DNA from: Azolla caroliniana | Lineage: Eukaryota > Plantae > Polypodiophyta | Direction of reading: 5' to 3' | DNA: 64,000 bases | Assembly (NCBI GenBank): GCA_043228905.1 | Contig: JBHGNT010000017.1 | Span: 18,972,001-19,036,000 of the forward strand | Shown here: positions 1-9,472 of the stretch, in pieces | How positions within the stretch are numbered: the stretch's first letter is position 1 | Layout of the letters: the number at the start of each line of letters is the position of its first letter | Position numbers and translations under genes: made by a program | The notes under the pieces: generated by a model | The model's database searches: none | Seen by the model: only the letters and a program-made list of their open reading frames with translations | Told to the model about the DNA's origin: nothing

Positions 1-1260
1 TAACAACACTAGCTATGATATGGATTTTAAAAATCAAGATTTTTAAACTCAGGTCGAGAGACATGAAGAAATTAGCAAATTTGAGGAGGGAGTTGAGAAG
101 AGCTCGTGAGTAAATTGAAATGTTCATACGTGGCTCATGTGACCCCGGATTGTTGTGTTCAAAGATGCGAATCGAAGCTCAGAACACTAGCTATGATATG
201 GAATTAGAAAATCAAGAATTTGAAAATCAGGTCGAGAGACACGAAGAAATTAGCAAATTAGAGGAGGGAGTGGAGAAGAGCTTGTTCGGAAATGAGAATG
301 TTCATACATAGCTCATGTGATATCGGATTTTAGTGTTCAAACATGGGAATCGAAGCAAACAACACTAGCTATGATATGTAATTAAAAAATCAAGAATTTG
401 TAACTCAGGTCGAGAAGCGTGAAGAAATTAGTAAATTTGAGGAGGGAGTTGAGAAGAGGGCGTCAGTAAATTCAAATGTTCATACCTGGCTCGTGTGATA
501 TCAGATTTTGGTGTTCAAACATGCGAATCGAAGCTAACAACACTAGCTATGATATGGATTTTAAAAATCAAGATTTTTAAACTCAGGTCGAGAGACATGA
601 AGAATTTAGCAAATTATTCAGGGAGTGGAGAAGAGCCTGTTTGGAAATTAAAATGTTCATACCTGGATCGTGTGATATCGGCTTTTTGTGTTCAAACATG
701 CGAATCGAAGCTAACAACACTAGCTATGATATGGATTTAAAAAATTAAGAATTTGAAACTCATGTCGAGAGACATGAAGAAATTAGCAAATTTGAGGAGG
801 TAGCGGAGAAGAGTTCGTTAAGAAATGAAAATGTTCATACCTGCCTCGTGTGATATCGGATTTTAGTGTTCAAACATGCGAATCGAAGCTAACAACACTA
901 GCTATGATATGGAATTAAAAAATTAAGATTTTGAAACTCAGGTCCCGAGACATGAAGAAATTAGTAAATTTGAGGAGGTAGTGGAGAAGAGCTCGTGAGT
1001 AAATTGAAATGTTCATACCTGGCTCGTGTGATTCCGGATTGTTGTGTTCAAATATGCGAATCGAAGCTCACAACACTAGCTATGATATGGAATTAAAAAA
1101 TCAAGAATTTCAAACTCAGGTCGAGAAACATGAAGAAATTAGCAAATTTGAGGAGGTAGTAGAGAAGAGCTCGTTAAAAAATGAAAATGTTGATACCTGG
1201 CTAATTTGAGGAGGGAGTTGAGAAGAGGGCGTGAGTAAATTCAAATGTTCATACCTGGAA

Positions 1261-2760
1261 CGTGTGATAACGGATTTTAGTGTTCAAACATGCGAATCGA
1301 AGCTAACAACACTAGCTATGATATGGAATTAAAAAATTAAGATTTTGAAACTCAGGTCCAGAGACATGCGAATCGAAGCTAACAACACTAGCTATGATCT
1401 GGATTTAAAAAATCAAGAATTTGAAACTCAGGTCCAGAGACATGAAGAAATTAGCAAATTTGAGGAGGTAGCGGAGAAGAGTTCGTTAAGAAATGAAAAT
1501 GTTCATACCTGCCTCGTGTGATATCGGATTTTAGTGTTTAAACATGCGAATCGAAGCTAACAACACTAGCTATGATCTGGATTTAAAAAATCAAGAATTT
1601 GAAACTCAGGTCCAGAGACATGAAGAAATTAGCAAATTTGAGGAGGTAGCGGAGAAGAGTTCGTTAAGAAATGAAAATGTTCATACCTGCCTCGTGTGAT
1701 ATCGGATTTTACTGTTTAAACATGCGAATCGAAGCTAACAACACTAGCTATGATATGGAATTAGAAAATTAAAATTTTGAAACTCAGGTCTAGAGACATG
1801 AAGAAATTAGTAAATTTTAGGAGGTAGTGGAGAAGAGCTCGTGAGTAAATTGAAATGTTCATACCTGGCTCGTGTGATCCCGGATTGTTGTGTTCAAATA
1901 TGCGAATCGAAGGTCACAACACTAGCTATGATATGGAATTAAAAAATCAAGAATTTGAAACTCAGGTCGAGAGACATGAAGGAATTAGCAAATTTGAGGA
2001 GGTAGTGGAGAAGAGCTCATTAAAAAATGAAAATGTTGATGCCTGGCTAATGTGATATCGGATTTTAGTGTTCAAACATTCGAATTGAAGCTAACAAAAC
2101 TAGATATTATATGAAACTAAAAAATCAAGAATTTGAAACTCAAGTCGAGAGACATGAAGAAATTAGCAAATTTGAGGAGGTAGCGGACAAGAGTTCGTTA
2201 AGAAATGAAAATGTTCATACCTGCCTCGTGTGATATCGGATTTTAGTGTTCAAACATGCGAATCGAAGCTAACAACACTAGCTATGATATGGATTTTAAA
2301 AATAAAGATTTTTAAACCCAGGCCTAGAGACATGAAGAAATTAGCAAATTATTGAGGGAGTGGAGAAGAGCATGTTTGGAAATGAAAATGTTCATACCTG
2401 GCTCGTGTGATATCGGATTTTAGTGTTCAAACATGCGAATCGAAGCTAACATCACTAGCTATGATATGGATTTAAAAAATCAAGATTTTGAAACTTAGGT
2501 CGAGAGACATGAAGAAATTAGAAAATTTGAGGGGGGAGTTTAGAAGAGCGCGTGAGTAAATTGAAATGTTAATACCTGTCTCGTGTGATATCGGATTTTT
2601 GTGTTCAAACATGCGAATCGAGGCTAACAATACTAGCTATTATATGGAAATAAAAAATCAAGAAATTAACAAATTTGAGGAGGGAGTTGAGAAGAGAGCG
2701 TGAGTAAATTCAAATGTTCACACCTGGCTCGTGTTATATCGGATTTTAGTGTTCAAACAT
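1261..2760 (+). repeat. About 1.5-kb block present five times (starts near 1261, 14081, 20893, 33713, 37317)
   Basis: Shared diagnostic junctions CCAGAGACATGCGAATC and AAAAATCAAGAAATTAAC, a duplicated GATCTGG monomer, and the GAAGGTCAC and GAAGGAATT variants. Confidence 0.92.
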
Positions 2761-4745
2761 GTGAATCGAAGCTAACAACACTAGTTATGATATGGATTTA
2801 AAAAATCAAGATTTTGAAACTTAGGTCGAAAGACATGAAGAAATTAGCAAATTTGAGGGGGGAGTTGAGATGAGCGCGTGAGTAAATTAAAATGTTAATA
2901 CCTCTCTCTTGTGATATCGGACTTTTGTGTTCAAACATGCGAATCGAAGCTAACAATACTAGCTATTATATGGAATTAAAAAATCTAGAATTTGAAACTC
3001 AGGTCGAGAGACATGAAGAAATTAGCAAATTTGAGGAGGGAGTTGAGAAGAGGGCGTGAGTAAATTCAAATGTTCATACCTGGCTCGTGTGATATCAGAT
3101 TTTAGTGTTCAAACATGCGAATCGAAGCTAACATCACTAGCTATGATATCGATTTCCAAAATCAAGATTTTGAAACTTAGGTCGAGAGACATGAAGAAAT
3201 TAGCAAATTTGAGGGGGGAGTTGAGATGAGCACGTGAGTAAATTAAAATGTTAATACCTCTCTCTTGTGATATCGGACTTTTGTGTTTAAACATGCGAAT
3301 CGAAGCTAACAATACTAGCTATTATATGGAATTAAAAAATCTAGAATTTGAAACTCAGGTCGAGAGACATGAAGAAATTAGCAAATTTGAGGAGGGAGTT
3401 GAGAAGAGGGCGTGAGTAAATTCAAATGTTCATACCTGGCTCGTGTGATATCAGATTTTAGTGTTCAAACATGCAAATCGAAGCTAACATCACTAGCTAT
3501 GATATGGATTTCAAAAATCAAGATTTTGAAACTCAGGTCGAGAGACATGAAGAAATTAGCAAAATTGAGGAGGTAGTGGAGAAGAGCTCGTTCAGAAATG
3601 AAAATGTTGATACCTGGGTCATGTGATATCGGATTTTAGTGTTCAAACATGCGAATCGAAGCTAACAAGACTAGCTATGATATGAAAACTAAAAAATGAA
3701 GAGTTTGAAACTCAGGTCGAGAGAAATGAAGACATTAGCAAATTAGAGGAGGGAGTGGAGAAGAGCCTGTTTGGAAATGAAAATGTTCAGACCTGGATCG
3801 TGTGATATCGGAGTTTTGTGTTCAAACATGCGAATCGAAGCTAACAACACTAGCGTTTATATAAAATTAAAAAATCGAGAATTTGAAACTCAGGTCGAGA
3901 GACATGAAGAAATTAGCAAATTTGAGGAGGGAGTTGAGAAGAGGGCGTGAGTAAATTCAAATGTTCACACCTGGCTCGTGTTATATCGGATTTTAGTGTT
4001 CAAACATGTGAATCGAAGCTAACATAACTAGGTATGATATGGATTTCAAAAATCAAGATTTTGAAACTCAGGTCGAGAGACATGAAGAAATTAGCAAATT
4101 TGAGGGGGGAGTTGAGATGAGCGCGTGAGTAAATTAAAATGTTAATACCTCTCTCTTGTGATATCGGACTTTTGTGTTCAAACATGCGAATCGAAGCTAA
4201 CAATACTAGCTATTATATGGAATTAAAAAATCTAGAATTTGAAACTCAGGTCGAGAGACATGAAGAAATTAGCAAATTTGAGGAGGGAGTTGAGAAGAGG
4301 GCGTGAGTAAATTCAAATGTTCATACCTGGCTTGTGTGATATCAGATTTTAGTGTTCAAACATGCGAATCGAAGCTAACATCACTATCTATGATATCGAT
4401 TTCCAAAATCAAGATTTTGAAACTTAGGTCGAGAGACATGAAGAAATTAGCAAATTTGAGGGGGGAGTTGAGATGAGCTCGTGAGTAAATTAAAATGTTA
4501 ATACGTCTCTCTTGTGATATCGGACTTTTGTGTTCAAACATGCGAATCGAAGCTAACAATACTAGCTATTATATGGAATTAAAAAATCTAGAATTTGAAA
4601 CTCAGGTCGAGAGACATGAAGAAATTAGCAAATTTGAGGAGGGAGTTGAGAAGAGGGCGTGAGTAAATTCAAATGTTCATACCTGGCTCGTGTGATATCA
4701 GATTTTAGTGTTCAAACATGCGAATCGAAGCTAACATCACTAGCT
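2760..4745 (+). repeat. Local dimeric (356-bp) higher-order repeat, four dimers in two pairs; twin at about 22392-24377
   Basis: The GAGATGAGC...TTAATACCTCTCTCTTGTG monomer occurs near 2867, 3223, 4114 and 4470, each followed by a GGCGTGAG monomer. Minus-strand ORFs 4000 and 4356 are 356 bp apart. Confidence 0.85.
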
Positions 4746-7700
4746 TTCAAAAATCAAGATTTTGAAACTCAGGTCGAGAGACATGAAGAAATTAGCAAAA
4801 TTGAGGAGGTAGTGGAGAAGAGCTCGTTAAGAAATTAAAAAATGAAGAGTTTGAAACTCAGGTCGAGAGAAATGAAGAAATTAGCAAATTAGAGGAGGGA
4901 GTGGAGAAGAGCCTGTTTGGAAATGAAAATGTTCAGACCTGGATCGTGTGATATCGGATTTTTGTGTTCAAACATGCGAATCGAAGCTAACAACACTAGC
5001 GTTTATATAGAATTAAAAAATCGAGAATTTGAAACTCTGGTCGAGAGACATGAAGAAATTAGCAAATTTGAGGAGGGAGTTGAGAAGAGGGCGTGAGTAA
5101 ATTCAAATGTTCATACCTGGCTCGTGTGATATCGGATTTTAGTGTTCAAACATGCGTATCGAAGCTAACATAACTAGGTATGATATGGATTTAAAAAAGC
5201 AACATTTTGAAACTCAGGTCGAGAGACATGAAGAAATTAGCAAATTAGAGGAGGGAGTGGAGAAGAGCTTGTTTGGAAATAAAAATGTTCAGACCTGGAT
5301 CGTGTGATATCGGATTTTTGTGTTCAAACATGCGAATCGAAGTTAACAACACTAGCTATTATATAGAATTAAAAAATCGAGAATTTGAAACTCAGGTTGA
5401 AAGACATGAAGAAATTAGCAAATTTGAGGAGGGAGTTAAGAAGAGTGCGTGAGTAAATTGAAATGTTAATACCGGTCTCGTGTGATATCGGATTTTTGAG
5501 TTCAAACAGGCAAATCGAAGCTAACAACACTAGCTATTCTATGGAATTAAAAAATCGACAATTTGAAACTAAGGTTGAGAGACATGAAGAAATTAGCAAA
5601 TTTGAGGAGGGTGTTGAGAAGAGGGCGTGAGTAAATTCAAATGTTCATACCTGCCTCGTGTGATATCGGATTTTAGTGTTTAAACATGCGAATCGAAGCT
5701 AACAACACTAGCTATGATATGGAATTAAAAAATTAAGATTTTGAAACTCAGGTCCAGAGACATGAAGAAATTAGTAAATTTGAGGAGGTAGTGGAGAAGA
5801 GCTCGTGAGTAAATTGAAATGTTCATACCTGGCTCGTGTGATCCCGGATCGTGCGTAAATTGAAATATTCATACCTGGCTCGTGTGATCCCGGATTGTTG
5901 TGTTCAAAGCTGTGAATCGAAGCTCACAACACTAGCTATGATATGGAATTAAAAAATCAAGAATTTGAAACTCAGGTCGAGAGACATGAAGAAATTAGCA
6001 AATTTGAGGAGGTAGTGGAGAAGAGCTCGTTCAGAAATGAAAATGTTGATACCTGGGTCATGTGATATCGGATTTTAGTGTTCAAACATGCGAATCGAAG
6101 CTAACAAGACTAGCTATGATATGAAATTAAAAAATGAAGAGTTTGAAACTCAGGTCGAGAGAAATGAAGAAATTAGCAAATTAGAGGAGGGAGTGGAGAA
6201 GAGCCTGTTTGGAAATGAAAATGTTCAGACCTGGATCGTGTGATATCGGATTTTAGTGTTCAAACATGCGAATCGAAGCTAACAACACTAGCGTTTATAT
6301 AGAATTAAAGAATCGAGAATTTCAAACTCAGGTCGAGAGACATGAAGAAATTAGCAAATTTGAGGAGGGAGTTGAGAAGAGGGCGTGAGTAAATTCAAAT
6401 GTTCATACCTGGAACGTGTGATAACGGATTTTAGTGTTCAAACATGCGAATCGAAGCTAACAAAACTAGCTATGATATAGAATTAAAAAATCAAGATTTT
6501 GAAACTCAGGTCCAGAGACATGAAGAAATTAGCAAATTTGCTGAGGGAGTTTAGAAGAGCTCGTGAGTAAATTGAAATGTACATACCCGGCTTGTGTGAT
6601 TCTGGATTTTAGTGTTCAAAGATGCGAATCGAAGCTCACAACACTAGCTATGATATAGAATTAAAAAATCTAGAATTTGAAACTCAGGTCGAGAGACATG
6701 AAGAAATTAGCAAATTTGAGGAGGTAGTGGAGAAGAGTTCGTTAATAAATGAAAATGTTCATACCTGGCTCATGTGATATCAGATTTTAGTGTTCAAACA
6801 TGCGAATCGAAGCTAACAACACTAGCTATAATATGGATTTAAAAAATGAAGATTTTGAAACTGAGGTCGAGAGACATGATGAAATTAGCAAATTTGAGAA
6901 GGTAGTTGAGAAAAGCTCGTGAGTAAATTAAAATGTTCATACCTGGCTCGTGTGATCCCGGATTGTTGTGATCAAAGATGCGAATCGAAGCTAACAACAC
7001 TAGCTATCATATGGATTTAAAAAATCAAGATTTTGACACTCAGGTTGAGAGACATGGAGAAATTAGCAAATTTGAGGAGGGAGTTGAGAAGCTCTCGTGA
7101 GTAAATTGAAATGTTCATACCTAGCTCATGTGATCCCGGATTGTTGTGTTCAAAGATGTGAATCGAACCTCACAACACTAGCTATGATATGGAATTAGAA
7201 AATGAAGAATTTGAAACTCAGGTCGAGAGACTTAAAGAAATTAGCAAATTTGAGGAGGTAGTGGAGAAGAGCTCGTTAAGAAATGAAAATGTTCATACCC
7301 GGCTCATGTGATATCGGATTTTAGTGTTCAAACATGCGAATCGAAGCTAACAACACTAGCTATAATATGAAATTAAAAACTCAGGATTTTCAAACTCAGG
7401 TCGAGACACATGAAGAAATTAGCAAATTAGAGGAGGGAGTAGAGAAGAGCCTGTTTGGAAATGCAAATGTTCATACCTGGATCGTGTGATATCGGATTTT
7501 TGTGTTCAAACTCAGGTCGAGAGACAGGAAGAAATTAGCAAATTTGAGGGGGGAGTTTAGAAGAGCGCGTGAGTAAATTCAAATGTTAATACCTGTCTCG
7601 TGTGATATCGGATTTTTGTGTTCAAACATGCAAATCGAGGCTAACAATACTAGCTATTATTTGGAATTGAAAAATCAAGAATTTGAAACTCAGGTCGAGA

Positions 7701-9213
7701 GACATGAAGAAATTAGCAAATTTGAGGAGGGAGTTGAGAGGAGGGTGTGAGTAAATTCAAATGTTCATACCTCGCTCGTGTGATATTAGATTTTAGTGTT
7801 CAAACTTGCGAATCGAAGCAAACTACACTAGCTATGATATGAAATTAAAAAATCAAGAATTTGAAACTCAGGTAGAGAGACATGAAGAAATTAGCAAATT
7901 AGAGGAGGGAGTGGAGAAGAGCCTGTTCGGAAATGAAAATGTTCATACATAGCTCATGTGATATCGGATTTTAGTGTTCGAACATGCGAATCGAAAGTAA
8001 CAACACTAACTATGATATGAAATTAAAAAATCAAGAATTTGTATCTCAGGTCGAGAGACATGAACAAATTAGCAAATTAAAGGAGGGAGTTGAGAAGAGG
8101 GCTTGAGTACATTCAAATGTTCATACCTGGCTCGTGTAATATCAGATTTTAGTGTTCAAACATGCAAATGGAAGCTAACAACACTAGCTATGATATGGAT
8201 TTAAAAAATCAAGATTTTGAAACTCAGGTCGAGAGACATGAAGAAATTAGCAAATTTGAGGAGGGAGTGTAGAAGAGCTCGTGAGTAAATTGAAATGTTC
8301 ATACGTGGCTCATGTGACCCCGGATTGTCGTGTTCAAAGATGCGAATCGAAGCTCACAACACTAGCTATGATATGGAATTAAAAAATCTAGAATTTGAAA
8401 CTCAGGTCGAGAGACATGAAGAAATTAGCAAATTTGAGGAGGGAGTGTAGAAGAGCTCGTGAGTAAATTGAAATGTTCATACGTGGCTCATTTGACCCCG
8501 GATTGTCGTGTTCAAAGATGCGAATCGAAGGTCACAACACTAGCTATGATATGGAATTAGAAAATCAAGAATTTGAAACTCAGGTCGAGAGACATGAAGA
8601 AATTAGCAAATTTGAGGAGGTAGTTGAGAAGAGCTCGTGAGTAAATTGAAATGTTCATACCTAGTTCATGTGATCCCGGATTGTTGTGTTCAAAGATGTG
8701 AATCGAAGCTCACAACACTAGCTATGATATGGAATTAGAAAATCAAGAATCTGAAACTCAGGTCGAGAGACTTAAAGAAATTAGCAAATTAGAGGAGGTA
8801 GTGGAGAAGAGCTCGTTAAGAAATGAAATTGTTCATACCCGGCTCATGTGATATGAAATTAAAAAATCAAGAATTTGAAACTCAGGTCGAGAGACATGAA
8901 GAAATTAGGAAATTAGAGGAGGGAGTGGAGAAGAGCCTGTTCGGAAATGAAAATGTTCATACATAGCTCATGTGATATCGGATTTTAGTGTTCAAACATG
9001 CGAATCGAAGCTAACAACATTAACTAGGATATGAAATTATAAAATCAAGAATTTGAAACTCAGGTCGAGAGACATGAAGAAATTACCAATTTTAGGAGGG
9101 AGTTGAGAAGAGCTCGTGAGTAAATTGAAATGTTCATACGTGGCTCATGTGATATCAGATTGTTGTGTTCAAAGATGCGAATCGAAGCTAACAACACTAG
9201 CTATGATCTGAAA

Positions 9214-9224
9214 TTAGGGTTTAG
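9214..9224 (+). other. Short plant-telomere-like tract TTAGGGTTTAG at a deletion junction
   Basis: Sequence ...GATCTGAAA TTAGGGTTTAG AGATGTTCATACC; GGGTTTAGAG is not part of the monomer consensus at this position. Confidence 0.45.
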
Positions 9225-9472
9225 AGATGTTCATACCTGGCTCGTGTGATCCCGGATTGTCGTGTTCATACCTGCCTCGTGTGATATCGGATTTTAGTGT
9301 TCAAACATGCGAATCGAAGCTAACAACACTAGCTATGATATGGATTTTAAAAATCAAGATTTTTAAACTCAGCTCTAGAGACATGAAGAAATTAGCAAAT
9401 TATTGAGAAAGTGGAGAAGAGCCTGTTTGGAAATGAAAATGTTCATACTTGCCTCGTGTGATATCGGATTTT

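Noticed and set aside
80-102. G-rich purine tract GAGGAGGGAGTTGAGAAGAG as a G-quadruplex or Shine-Dalgarno signal
   Set aside because: It has too few G runs for a canonical quadruplex, and there is no prokaryotic gene context for a ribosome-binding site.
4831-4835. Monomer as a dimer of 89-bp halves, suggested by the 89-bp deletion
   Set aside because: Comparing the two halves by eye shows little similarity beyond the GAAAT...AAAA start.
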